The notes under the pieces are model-generated. The model was not told the origin of the DNA. It ran no database searches and saw nothing but the letters and a program-made list of their open reading frames with translations. Below, in pieces: positions 27,843 through 37,902 of a stretch of DNA of 64,000 nt. The DNA is from a virus (Duplodnaviria > Caudoviricetes), in IMG/VR virus record IMGVR_UViG_3300012344_000011, positions 64,001 to 128,000 of that record; one strand, written 5' to 3'. The translations under genes and the position numbers were made by a program. Position 1 is the first letter of the stretch, and every line of letters begins with the position of its first letter.

Positions 27843-29854
27843 TTAAGCTTGATTCCATCCACTAACTTTAGTCTCATCAGCACCAGCGCCTTCACGACCA
27901 TCTTCTGTTGTCTTAGCATCAGTATGTCCTGAAGCACTTGAAATAGTATCAATAATATCAATGGCATAGAGAACCTTACCAGACTCACCACGGACCTTAC
28001 CAAGAGTACAATCAATAGTAAAGTCAAATGTGGAGGGATCGCCAGTTGCAGCCATATTGAATGTAAAGTTACCCTGAATCTTACCTTTTGGAATAATGAA
28101 TGTCGCAGGGAAGTCTTTACCAGTACCTTCATCACGGAATAGGGTTTCAGCTTCAATATAGAAAGTACCACCAAAGTTTTCTGCATCAACAGTAAGAGTT
28201 GTTACAGGCATATCTGTTGTTGCATAGCAGTCAACTAAGCAAGTACGTCCATTATATTTGGCAATATCTTTAACATTAGCGGGAGCAAGAGTTATTACTA
28301 AACCATCGGTAGTATTAGCAGTAACATCATCAATTTCACCTTTACTAATATATTCAACAACGCCACTACCGTTATTATCTAAAATCATAGCATAAATTTG
28401 ATACTCTTCTGAAGTACCAATAGTTAAATCTCCGCCTTCTACTTTAGCAGAATCAGCTACATAGATCTCATATCCAGTAAAATCGTCTGCTTTAACAGTA
28501 ATTTTAGCACTTGTCACACCGCTATCTCCAGAAGTAACATCTACAGTGCCCTCAAGCGTTAGGTGAACCTTCTTAGCCTTCTTTTCTTGGTTAACAACAC
28601 CAGCGCCAGAAAGCATTGAGAAAGAAATTGGAGATAAAAGTGCTTCTGTAATTGTAAACGTTGCCGTTTTTTCACCTCGTTGTATTCCAATAAGTTCGTT
28701 ACTCTCATTGCGTTCTCTCATGAACTGCTGCACCTTTATTTATACGTGCAGATTAGACTATATCTTCATCCTGCTTTGCAGGAGTTTCGCACTTCGACCG
28801 CACTTGCGGCCTACGTCCCTGTGGACTAGTCGTTGAACCTTCTTTGTTTTAAACAATTCTCTCGTTGAGTTATTTTTTGTAAATTATTCAAATGATTATT
28901 AGATGGGTTTCCATCAATATGATCAATGACAAAGCCATCTAAATCAAAATCATTATGAAAAGTACAATAAACAAGTCTATGCACATAGTAATGTTTTTTA
29001 TTATTAAAACTTACTCTAACATATTTTTGGTTTTTATCTAAATATAACAACCTATTGGTTTTATTATTTTTTACTCTACCAAAAGATGAAACCGAGTACA
29101 TATTGTTCTCTTGGAAAACCATTCATTCTTCACCTTCTAAGTTTTCTAGGTGATACCTAGGAGGTCTTGGGTTATGCTTTTTTATAGCTTTATGTTCTGC
29201 GCAATTCTCTTGCGCATCAACCCATTTTAGGTTTTCTTTCTTATTATTCAATTTATTTTCATCTATATGATGAACATATGGTAAATTTTTTAGGTTTGGA
29301 ATAAAATATTCAGCAACAAGTCTATGAGCATAAACCATTTTAGATAATTTCCTTTTAGATGTTGAAACCTTATCTTGAATAGCTAATGCATACACTTTAT
29401 AACCTGTATTATCTATTTTTCCTTTTAAAAATCTAGATGTTTTTTTACTATATAATCTACCATCAGAATAAATCAAATAATCTGAATCTTCTTTTAATTG
29501 TTTAAAATCAAAGCTTGGCTGCTGATTGTCTTGCATAAAACCTCCTTTATTTCATACTCAATATAATATAACATAAAAAAGTCTTTTGTCAAGAGTTCCC
29601 AGCAATTCACGAAATTTTTCTATAGCGTATTACTACGCTACCTGAGCTAGTGTAAAACAATCCCAGGCAATTAGACGAGCATTACCACGCCCACCTTGCG
29701 CGTAGACTGTGGTAGTTGCGACTTCCATATTAGAAGCTGTTGCTGTATCAATATAAAGGCAAGGCTGATATGGCTCAAAGTGTTGAGAGCCAATGTCCAT
29801 CGCTGCTAAAGGACGAAAAGTAACATTAGCAATATCGCGTACACCAAATCGCAT
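27843..29854 (-). CDS. Major tail tube protein, spliced (exons ~29661-29854 and 27843-28677)
   Basis: MRFGVRDIANVTF...YAQGGRGNARLIAW joins GEKTATFTITEALLSP...FIIPKGKIQGNFTFNMAATGDPSTFDFTID. The joined length is 343 codons. Confidence 0.8.
28678..29660 (-). mobile_element. Group I intron in tail tube gene, carrying an HNH endonuclease
   Basis: Core elements GAATTGCTGGGAA, AATCAGCAGCCAAG, TTCAACGACTA (R) and AAGATATAGTCT (S); P1 pairing GCCUGGG/CUCAGGU. Exact junction uncertain by 1 nt. Confidence 0.85.
28826..29536 (-). CDS. Intron-encoded double HNH (NUMOD4/HNH_3-like) endonuclease (1 TGA=Trp)
   Basis: HRLVAEYFIPN..VHHIDENKLNN...NLKW, then LEGEE-W-MVF...VSSFGRVKN...HRLVY...IDHIDGNPSNN. A TTGACA element lies inside the intron at ~29587-29592. 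Confidence 0.85.
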
Positions 29855-29998
29855 ATTTTTTCCTCCTTAAAAGAAAATAAATTATAACTTATTTTTTAAG
29901 ATTTTTAATATTATAATATCCTTGTAATCAAACAGACACGCGCTATCCATTTGACTCTTATATATATAAACTAGATTAAGGCACATCTAGATTATAAA

Positions 29999-30748
29999 CT
30001 AATAAATGTTTGCAGACCAATCGTCAGGTTCTTCCATTTTTGAAACATCCATCATTGGAGTAGTAGAAACCTTCTGATATAAATCACTGCTAACTTTTTT
30101 CCAATAACGATTAAAAGCATTCTGTAATTGAAAAGGAGTATAATTATAAAGTATGTTTATATCCATATTCATTCCAATAGAAAGAATAGAAGTATAAGAA
30201 CCAAATAAAGTTGCTTTCTCTGACTCTTGCGGTCCAGATTTCATAGCCTGGATCTTTTCGTGAGCTTTCTGAAACTTTTTAGCCAACTCCGCAGCTTTAC
30301 CATTTACAGGATTATAATCTTTGCCACCTGAGCCAATTAAAAATAAATTCTTAATAACTTCTTTAAAAGCTTCAACATTGAATGGATTGATCATACCGAC
30401 CCGTTTATCTTCTTGTTTAAATTCAATATCCTCTTCAATATTTACTTCGTAATTAGGAAAAACTAAAATAAAAAATTTATCGATACTTTCTTTTAAAAAA
30501 CCATCTTGTCGCATCAAAGCAACATAAATCTGATAATCTGTATAATTATTCAAATCAGGATTACCTTCTTTGATTTTTTCAATATGTGATTCTGGTTTTC
30601 CAAGAAAGTTCGCAGCTAATAAAAAATCACTTTCTCCAAAAGCAACAATCTGTTTTATAGAAGGCTGAATTGCAATAATATTGCAAGCCTTAATAGGAAC
30701 AGGCTGTCCACTCAAATATAAAGCAATATCGTCTCCTTTTAACGCCAT
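29999..30748 (-). CDS. Putative tail assembly protein
   Basis: Intact ORF with GAGGTG SD, located between neck genes and the tail tube gene. Confidence 0.55.
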   Translation of the reverse strand: MALKGDDIALYLSGQPVPIKACNIIAIQPSIKQIVAFGESDFLLAANFLGKPESHIEKIKEGNPDLNNYTDYQIYVALMRQDGFLKESIDKFFILVFPNYEVNIEEDIEFKQEDKRVGMINPFNVEAFKEVIKNLFLIGSGGKDYNPVNGKAAELAKKFQKAHEKIQAMKSGPQESEKATLFGSYTSILSIGMNMDINILYNYTPFQLQNAFNRYWKKVSSDLYQKVSTTPMMDVSKMEEPDDWSANIY

Positions 30749-30759
30749 TTATCTCACCT

Positions 30760-31356
30760 CTATTGGGGAGTGTAAATGTCTTCAAATTTTTCTTCATCAT
30801 CAGAGCCATGTGTGGCAATGTATCTTAATATCATACCACCCCAGTTTTCATCAAGTACAACTTGTGAAGCGCCCATAAATTGAAGTGTTCCAATTCCACT
30901 TAGCCGACTTTCATTGAGAATACCATCAATGTATCCAGCAATTTGATGCGGCCGCAGCTTATAATCATCTAGCTCCCATTCATCAAGATGACATAGAATT
31001 GTAAAATTAATAGTACAATCACGATACTGCGCATTAGAAGTTGGAATAAAATCGTCAAATTCTAGGAGAATAGAAGATTTAATATATTCATGATTTCCAA
31101 ATTGAAATCTTGGAACAGTGCTAATATATTGTTCTTCTTTTAGTTTTTTAAGATTAAAATTATCAATAATCTTTTGATATTCAGGATTATCGCCTAAACA
31201 ATCAGGTTTATTAATAATCAATAATCTTTTTAACATATCGCTGTAAGGACGACTTTCAATAAACAGCTTCCTTAAAATTGTTTCAGTATCTTTCTCGCAA
31301 GAGAGGAAACTTGCTTTAAAATCTTTAGGAAGCATTCTACTTCTTATAGTTGGCAT
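30760..31356 (-). CDS. Putative tail terminator / neck protein
   Basis: Position in the module; LRPHQIAGYIDGILNESRLSGIGTLQF motif. Confidence 0.55.
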   Translation of the reverse strand: MPTIRSRMLPKDFKASFLSCEKDTETILRKLFIESRPYSDMLKRLLIINKPDCLGDNPEYQKIIDNFNLKKLKEEQYISTVPRFQFGNHEYIKSSILLEFDDFIPTSNAQYRDCTINFTILCHLDEWELDDYKLRPHQIAGYIDGILNESRLSGIGTLQFMGASQVVLDENWGGMILRYIATHGSDDEEKFEDIYTPQ

Positions 31357-31365
31357 AATCCCTCC

Positions 31366-32247
31366 TTACAAAGATAATATATTAATAGGAAGAGTAAATT
31401 TCTCTTCGCCTACAGAATAAACTAAGCTAAAAGAACCTGTGCGGCCAGTGATAATCTCAAGTCTACAAGTTCCATTTTCTTGCTTCAAAATTTCTGCGCA
31501 AGAAGGATCACTAATGGAATACTCTCCGCCCGCAATATCAATAGTGTAAGCTTGAATATCATATGGATATACATTAGTTTCTCCTTTGATATCATAGGTT
31601 GGAGGAGCAACTTCAATGATTTCTGGTATATCCTCTGTAATACTATCAAAATATTCATTTACTTCTAATTCAATTATGCCCGGAACAGTAATAGAATCTA
31701 CAACTTTTATTTGCCAATTATGTCCGTTAAGTTTGATTATAGTAAATCTATTAAAGTAGTCTAAGGTCTCTTGGGTTCTTTTTATATATACAGTACCAGA
31801 GTAGTTCAAATCATTCCAATTTACATTTTGCTTCAAATTTCATCTAATAGCAGTCTCTATTGGACCTTGAAAATAAACCCAATAGGCATTGTCATTGATA
31901 GTTAGCTGATATCGACAACGAATAATTTCTGCTCTTAGATAAGCAATCTCTGTTAGAATTGGTAAATATACCATCCAAGTCGTATCATCATCAATACATC
32001 GAAAGGTATCACCAGATTGCAAATTATATTTGAACTCTACTGATACATATTTTTTATCATAATCTGGTTTCAAATTATTTGTATTAATAAGACACTGACA
32101 ATGAGTGCCATTTTCTAATTCAATTTCTCTTGAATTATAATCATTTTTCAAAGCCGCTAAAAAAGAATTAAGTTTTTGTTTCTTTATACGACCAAGATTA
32201 TTTCCACCTGCATAGTCAATTCTTGTTTTCAAGGTAGCTAAAGACAT
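31366..32247 (-). CDS. Putative head-closure / neck protein (1 TGA=Trp)
   Basis: GAGGTG SD before MSLATLK; ORFs 31840 and 31366 are joined by ETAIR-W-NLKQNVNW. Confidence 0.65.
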
Positions 32248-32258
32248 TCTTATCACCT

Positions 32259-32570
32259 CTAAACAATTTCTTTTTGAATACTTTGCACTATTGAGCAGCA
32301 TTCAAAAATTGCTCTGCGGAATAATATAAATTCAATCTCATTCTTTGTACTATATAATCCTTGCAGTTTTGCAAGTAAAGTAAAATATTTTTCATTTTTA
32401 GGAAACAATGAAGCTAAGCCCGCGACCTCAATAAGAATCGTCTCTAATGGCTTTACCCAATCTTCCCCTTCTTCGTTTGCGGGAAGCAAGCGAAAAATTT
32501 GATTTGTTAATCTTCTTAAATTAGAGCATAATACCTCATTGTCTACATTATTATTATAAATCGTTTCCAT
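32259..32570 (-). CDS. Hypothetical neck-region protein
   Basis: Intact ORF, coupled directly to the upstream TAA. Confidence 0.6.
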   Translation of the reverse strand: METIYNNNVDNEVLCSNLRRLTNQIFRLLPANEEGEDWVKPLETILIEVAGLASLFPKNEKYFTLLAKLQGLYSTKNEIEFILFRRAIFECCSIVQSIQKEIV

Positions 32571-34138
32571 TTAGTTAACCTCCATTATTTTACTGAAGGT
32601 TGATTTAAAGCTACCGTCTTTACCAATCTCTCTGCGGCAATATAGCCTTTGTAAATGAAAACCTCTAGATTCATATTCTTTTTTCATAGCAACAAGTTGT
32701 TTGATGTGACTAGCTTGACTTGTAAATTTAAAATCTGCATTTGTTATCCTATAAGCTTTTTATCTTATAGCTCTTATGCTTCCTATTCGCATAAGGTCGG
32801 CATATCTTTTTACCCTTTTGGGGTATTCAGTCTCGTGGGATATTTATCTTTTTGGCTGTATTTTTCTAGATATTCAAAATATCTTTTCTTTTTCCTTGGT
32901 AAAGAAATATAATCATTATCATAAAAAATTTTACCTAAAGTAAAACTATCTTTTTTGTTATAAGTCATATAATAAGCATTATGTTTATGTCTTTCATCTA
33001 CATGAATATTCCTCAATGTAACAGAATAATTTTCACTTAAAAAAATATTTATATCTTCTAATAAAGATCTACTTGCACAGACTATATTCATTCTAACTCT
33101 TTTTTCTTTTTTAAGCTCATATAAACTACCATCACCATCAAAGAAACCTCTAATAAAATCTATTTTATACTCAAATGGTAAATCAGGTATTCTCTCTAAT
33201 TTGAAAGTTTTGTTACTCACAATACCATAAGATTCCATCGTTTTTCTAATTTTTTCAGAGGTAAAAGCTAATGAAACGTAAGGATGTCCATTCGTTGATA
33301 GATACTCATGAATTTCTCCTGCATATTGAAGTTCATTCTTTATCGTTTCAAGCAAATCTTTATCTTTTTTTTGTAAAGATAATATAACTCTATTTTGTGC
33401 ACCTCTGGTTGAAGGCAAATAACCATCAGCCGCATACATACCCAATAACCAAGCTCCATTATGACTTTCAAAATTATAGTTATCATTAATAGAGAATTTT
33501 CTCAAATCAGGTTTAAGTCTATTACCAACGGCTCTAGCTTCTGCGGCATTCCTGATATATACGTTATTTTCTTTTAGAATATTCTTTACTTTTTCTTCAC
33601 CAAAAGGTAGACTCAGTTCTTTTACGATTCTTGTTCTACCATATTTTTTATTTTCATATAAATCAATGATTTTGTCTTGTAGCTCTTTTGGAACTGTTAT
33701 TTTTGCCATAAAAGTTTTTCTCCTATGCTCTGCACGTGTCAATGCTTTTAAACAAAGACTTCCGTTCGGGTTAGCATCTCAGCTTTCCTGTTTTTACTGA
33801 AATTATATTTATTTATTTCTAAATAAAAGGACCAGACTCGATCCGCTATATTTTTGTCTAACATTATCAACTGTTGCTAGTTGATAACCAATCCACTCCG
33901 CAATCATATATTGACGAATAATCATCATTTCTTCTGTTGTTAAATCATCATCAAATTCACGACTGTCTAAGTCAACTTCTAATAGATTTTTATTCTTTGG
34001 AAATTCAAAGGATGGGAGTGCTGCTAATAGAATTTCATCTAGGATTTGTTTGGTATCTTCTTCTGTAAGTTCAAGATACATATCATCAGTGATTCCAGCT
34101 AGGAAGAAGTCCTCCATTTCATCAAAAGATGTAGCCAT
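32571..34138 (-). CDS. Head-tail adaptor-like protein, spliced (exons 33841-34138 and 32571-32737)
   Basis: RQKYSG-T|CA-DFKFTSQASHIKQL gives YSGSDFKFTSQA; 155 codons once joined. Confidence 0.78.
32738..33840 (-). mobile_element. Group I intron carrying a LAGLIDADG endonuclease
   Basis: 5' exon ends in U with P1 GGAU/GUCC; P10 GAGUCUG pairs with 3' exon CAGAUUU; P7 GCAUA/UAUGC; terminal G (AACAAATG). Confidence 0.88.
32810..33709 (-). CDS. Intron-encoded two-motif LAGLIDADG homing endonuclease
   Basis: AWLLGMYAADG and FIRGFFDGDGS motifs; AGGAG SD before MAKITVPK. Confidence 0.88.
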   Translation of the reverse strand: MAKITVPKELQDKIIDLYENKKYGRTRIVKELSLPFGEEKVKNILKENNVYIRNAAEARAVGNRLKPDLRKFSINDNYNFESHNGAWLLGMYAADGYLPSTRGAQNRVILSLQKKDKDLLETIKNELQYAGEIHEYLSTNGHPYVSLAFTSEKIRKTMESYGIVSNKTFKLERIPDLPFEYKIDFIRGFFDGDGSLYELKKEKRVRMNIVCASRSLLEDINIFLSENYSVTLRNIHVDERHKHNAYYMTYNKKDSFTLGKIFYDNDYISLPRKKKRYFEYLEKYSQKDKYPTRLNTPKG

Positions 34139-34154
34139 TACACACCTCCCTATA

Positions 34155-34712
34155 TTACTCTTCTACCCTACGAACCTTCCCCTGTTCTTTCTCTGTAGAA
34201 CCAACTCTGCGGCCAGTAGGTTTATTTTCTTTGACCTCTTGGTCATCTTGTTTTGACTGCTCAATTAAATTAATCATAGAAGTAATGTTTCTACCAGTAG
34301 CCTTTGTGATTGCGTCTCGTTTTGCTACGTCATTAAGTTTCATCTGAACAGCTTTAGATACGATCATATCTACAATACCTTCTGGGGCAAAATCTAAAGC
34401 ATCTTTAAGCGCGTCTAAAGAACCATAAATAAGAATCGCCTCAACATCTTTTTCTGTCCAATTATATTCATGAGCTAATAGATCATCACTGATACCAAAT
34501 TCTTTTGCTAGCTCCGCATTCTTAACACTAAGACATTCATCTAAAAGAACACCGCCGCCTTTAGTGTAATGTAATGCGCGTAGCTCAGCCGCACTAACTT
34601 TTACAATAGCTTGACCAGGAAGAACTCTACGTTTACCTTCATAAGAAATATACCCAACAGTATGATCAGTTAAGTTCTGAATCTCAATCAATTCATTATC
34701 ATCAACAGCCAT
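34155..34712 (-). CDS. Hypothetical virion-module protein
   Basis: Intact ORF with SD, directly downstream of the major capsid gene. Confidence 0.6.
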   Translation of the reverse strand: MAVDDNELIEIQNLTDHTVGYISYEGKRRVLPGQAIVKVSAAELRALHYTKGGGVLLDECLSVKNAELAKEFGISDDLLAHEYNWTEKDVEAILIYGSLDALKDALDFAPEGIVDMIVSKAVQMKLNDVAKRDAITKATGRNITSMINLIEQSKQDDQEVKENKPTGRRVGSTEKEQGKVRRVEE

Positions 34713-34772
34713 TTTTATCTCCTTTTATCTCTAAAAGGGAGGAACGTTATTGTTCCTCCCCATTATTTTTAA

Positions 34773-35870
34773 TTATTGCCAAGTAGACTCTGTATTACGA
34801 GTACTCTTCTTGAGGTTGCTATTCTTGTAAATACCAATCCAAACTAACTGACCAAGAGAAGCAATAGTACCAACGCCAACCTTAGTGTAAGTCTGAATCT
34901 CGCGGCTCCAGTCATCAGTCTGATTTTCTACTTCGCGAACCTGAGTCTGACCCTCAAAAACAATCTTAACAGGTTTTTCAGAACCAGTAGGAATTAGGTA
35001 AGCTAAGGAAGGATCAACAACCTTCTCTGCATTAGCATCGCCAATGCCATAAACTAGAGACTGATCAAGAATAATTACATTGTGGCCCTTATACTGACCA
35101 AGCCAGTTCTTATTCCAAAGCTCATTCTTCATTTCATTAGACATACGAGCATCAGAAGGAATCATCTTGTTAGCAAATTCCTGTGTGCAGTAAATGGTAG
35201 CCTTACCATATGTATCAACAATTGCAAGTAACTCGTCCATAGTCTCTTCATCAAAGCCAGCAAACGTAGCCTTGTTAGCCGCAGGCAAAGAAGAAACCAT
35301 AGAAGCTAGAGCCTTAATAATCTCCTGGTAAATTAGTTCATCAAGACCCTCTAACATTAGAGTTGTAAACTCAGAGAACTCCCAACGACCATCAAGGAAT
35401 TCCTCAAAGCCGATGCGGGCAGCGCCACCGATAGCACTCGTCTTAATATCAATCTCAGCACCATCAAGCATGAATGTCTCATAACGACCAGCTAAACCGA
35501 CCTTAGAAACGAAAGACTTAGCACGTCTCTTGGACATTTCAGTAACCTTGATACGATAATGGTAAGTATCACCCTGGGGAACAGTAACAGTATCAGCAAA
35601 CTGTTCGTACTGTGCTTCAACACGAGGAGGAAGAACTTCATCAATTGTCTGCTCAATAATAGCGAAAATTGTATTCTGATTCTCCTTATAAGCACGATAA
35701 TTAAACTTATCATTAACATGTGTTAATGCCTTGAACTGATCACGAAGAGCAGCATTTAATTTCTCACTAGAGTAATTCTCGCCGTTGTAAGAGAAGGCAA
35801 CGGGAGCATTTTTCTTTGCAGACATTGCCGCAACAGATAACTGCTTAGCAGTTTCAAAATCAAAACTCAT
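34773..35870 (-). CDS. Major capsid protein
   Basis: 365 aa, strongly biased codon usage, follows the protease/scaffold and decoration genes and precedes a hairpin terminator. IFAIIEQTIDEVLP..EQFAD is HK97-like. Confidence 0.8.
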   Translation of the reverse strand: MSFDFETAKQLSVAAMSAKKNAPVAFSYNGENYSSEKLNAALRDQFKALTHVNDKFNYRAYKENQNTIFAIIEQTIDEVLPPRVEAQYEQFADTVTVPQGDTYHYRIKVTEMSKRRAKSFVSKVGLAGRYETFMLDGAEIDIKTSAIGGAARIGFEEFLDGRWEFSEFTTLMLEGLDELIYQEIIKALASMVSSLPAANKATFAGFDEETMDELLAIVDTYGKATIYCTQEFANKMIPSDARMSNEMKNELWNKNWLGQYKGHNVIILDQSLVYGIGDANAEKVVDPSLAYLIPTGSEKPVKIVFEGQTQVREVENQTDDWSREIQTYTKVGVGTIASLGQLVWIGIYKNSNLKKSTRNTESTWQ

Positions 35871-35892
35871 TATTATTTCCCTTCCTTCCTAA

Positions 35893-36423
35893 TTAAGCTT
35901 CAACGACTTCTAGTTTTACGCCAGGCTCACCATCGGGCATGGTGTAAACTTTAATAACCTGTAAAGCAACGGGAGCAGTAGCGGCAGCAGCCTTCTTTAA
36001 TATACCACCCTCACCAACAGTAACATAATCACCAACAACGACAGGAAGCTCAGCCGCATTAGCAAAGCAGTTGGTTGTAAAAGTGTCACCAACAACGAGT
36101 TTGATAATGCGAGGAACCATTACGCCATCAACAAAACGGCTCTCCTCCATTGCGTAATCTTTATGAGCCTGCTTGCGCTCGTCATAAAGCTTCTCTTCAT
36201 TAAACACCATCCAAGCATTCTTAAGCTCTTTGGCAAGCTCAAGACAACCCTTAGCCGCATCACGAACAACAAACTGACCGTTCATTAAAGCACCGTCAGC
36301 AGACTCTCGAATAGTAGTCTTTGCCGCATCGCTTAAAGGTAAGTCACCACGCACTTGACCAGTACGAGGAGCAGATAGGAAATTAGGCTCTACATAGCCG
36401 TAGCCACTTCTAAAATTAGCCAT
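35893..36423 (-). CDS. Capsid decoration / minor head protein
   Basis: GYGYVEPNFLSAPRTGQ...YTMPDGEPGVKL; lies between scaffold and major capsid genes. Confidence 0.65.
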   Translation of the reverse strand: MANFRSGYGYVEPNFLSAPRTGQVRGDLPLSDAAKTTIRESADGALMNGQFVVRDAAKGCLELAKELKNAWMVFNEEKLYDERKQAHKDYAMEESRFVDGVMVPRIIKLVVGDTFTTNCFANAAELPVVVGDYVTVGEGGILKKAAAATAPVALQVIKVYTMPDGEPGVKLEVVEA

Positions 36424-36461
36424 TATAACTTATCCCCTTTCAAATATTCTAATCAATTTTC

Positions 36462-37886
36462 TTATTTTGTAGCGCGGAGTGCTTTAACAATAGCCGGCAC
36501 GTCCGTCATGTCAACTGCTGAGTCTAAAGAGAAAGTCGTAATAGGACTTGCTTCTTTTTCAGGCTCAGTCTCAGCCTCACCTGTAATCGTTGAAAAATCA
36601 ACATTCTTATTTACATAAAGTAAAGCTAACTTAGATTCAATTTCAGATAAAGAGTATTTAGACTTATTCTTAATAATTTCTGCTTTATCTTCATCACTAA
36701 GCATATGATATTTAGCAATCAAAGCATCTTTTTGCTCATTCTCAATACCAAGCTTAAAGCTACGTAAAGCTTCAAGTTCAGAATTTGCTTCAGCTAACTG
36801 TGCTTCAATTAAGCTATAATTATTTTTAAGTTCAGCAAACTGTGTTTCTAATTCTTCTAGACTATGATTTGCGGAAGGCTTCTTTTCATCATCGTCATCG
36901 TCAGAATTTTCTGGCTCTTCGTCAGAATCTTCTTCCTCTTCATCTTCCTTCTTGTCTAGAGCGAAACTGTCCCCAGAGTCACCAACATCACCAGCATCAG
37001 CTGCTTCGCTAGATTCACCAGCATCGCTAGTCTCGTCAGCTTCGTCCGCAACTTCAGCGTTTTCCTCTTCTGCCATAGGATTAACTTCAACTGGCTCGTC
37101 CGCAGGTTTCTCTTCAATTTCCAAGAGAGAACTATCAACATTGCTGTTACGCTTAATCTCTAATTCTGGATCCATCGTTATCCCTCCTTCACTATACTGT
37201 AAAGCTTCTTTTAATTCATTCATCATTGTAAATAATGTATTCATAAACAAGGAGTTATCACAAGAAAAATTCTTGCTAACATTCTTTTCTGTTACAGAAG
37301 CTCCTTCAAAGCAGGGTTCAACATCAGAACCTAATATACACAATTTACTAAACGTTGCATCATTAATTATAAAAAGTTCAACACCAGAATTATAATTTTC
37401 TGCCCATTCTCCATCTAAACTTTGTGAGTCTAATTCCATTGATTGCGGCATACCCTCTTCAAGGACCTTAGCAATCTCAGGAAATTGACCTGTCCAAAGA
37501 TAACCTTCTGTCATAAGATATTTTCTCTCTACCTCATTACCAAATCTATCGGTATCAGTGAAATCTTTGAACCAAACCTTAGCATTAGGAGCAACAAAAC
37601 CATATGGTTGTGTTTTGCAAGAAAATTTAATTTCTCCATCCTCAATAGTGATTACCTCACCATGATCTCCAAAGTCGTTTTTTTCTTTTATAAAAGCTGC
37701 GACAATAGGAGTCCCAGGGAGAGAATTTGCCATATTCTTAGCTACTTCCTCTGTGATATAAGAACCATTGCGATTCTCTCCCACATAGAGTACCTTGATC
37801 TCACATTGAGAAATTAATGGATTATAGGGTTGAATGTTAATAAATTGCGGTGCCGCAATAGTCTCAACAGACTGATTTCTTAACAT
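36462..37886 (-). CDS. Prohead protease / scaffold protein
   Basis: ENRNGSYI, DFGDHG, GYLWTG, QSMEL and LCILGSDVEPCFEGA, followed by an acidic linker and a coiled-coil. Confidence 0.8.
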   Translation of the reverse strand: MLRNQSVETIAAPQFINIQPYNPLISQCEIKVLYVGENRNGSYITEEVAKNMANSLPGTPIVAAFIKEKNDFGDHGEVITIEDGEIKFSCKTQPYGFVAPNAKVWFKDFTDTDRFGNEVERKYLMTEGYLWTGQFPEIAKVLEEGMPQSMELDSQSLDGEWAENYNSGVELFIINDATFSKLCILGSDVEPCFEGASVTEKNVSKNFSCDNSLFMNTLFTMMNELKEALQYSEGGITMDPELEIKRNSNVDSSLLEIEEKPADEPVEVNPMAEEENAEVADEADETSDAGESSEAADAGDVGDSGDSFALDKKEDEEEEDSDEEPENSDDDDDEKKPSANHSLEELETQFAELKNNYSLIEAQLAEANSELEALRSFKLGIENEQKDALIAKYHMLSDEDKAEIIKNKSKYSLSEIESKLALLYVNKNVDFSTITGEAETEPEKEASPITTFSLDSAVDMTDVPAIVKALRATK

Positions 37887-37902
37887 CTAATCTCACTTTC
37901 TT

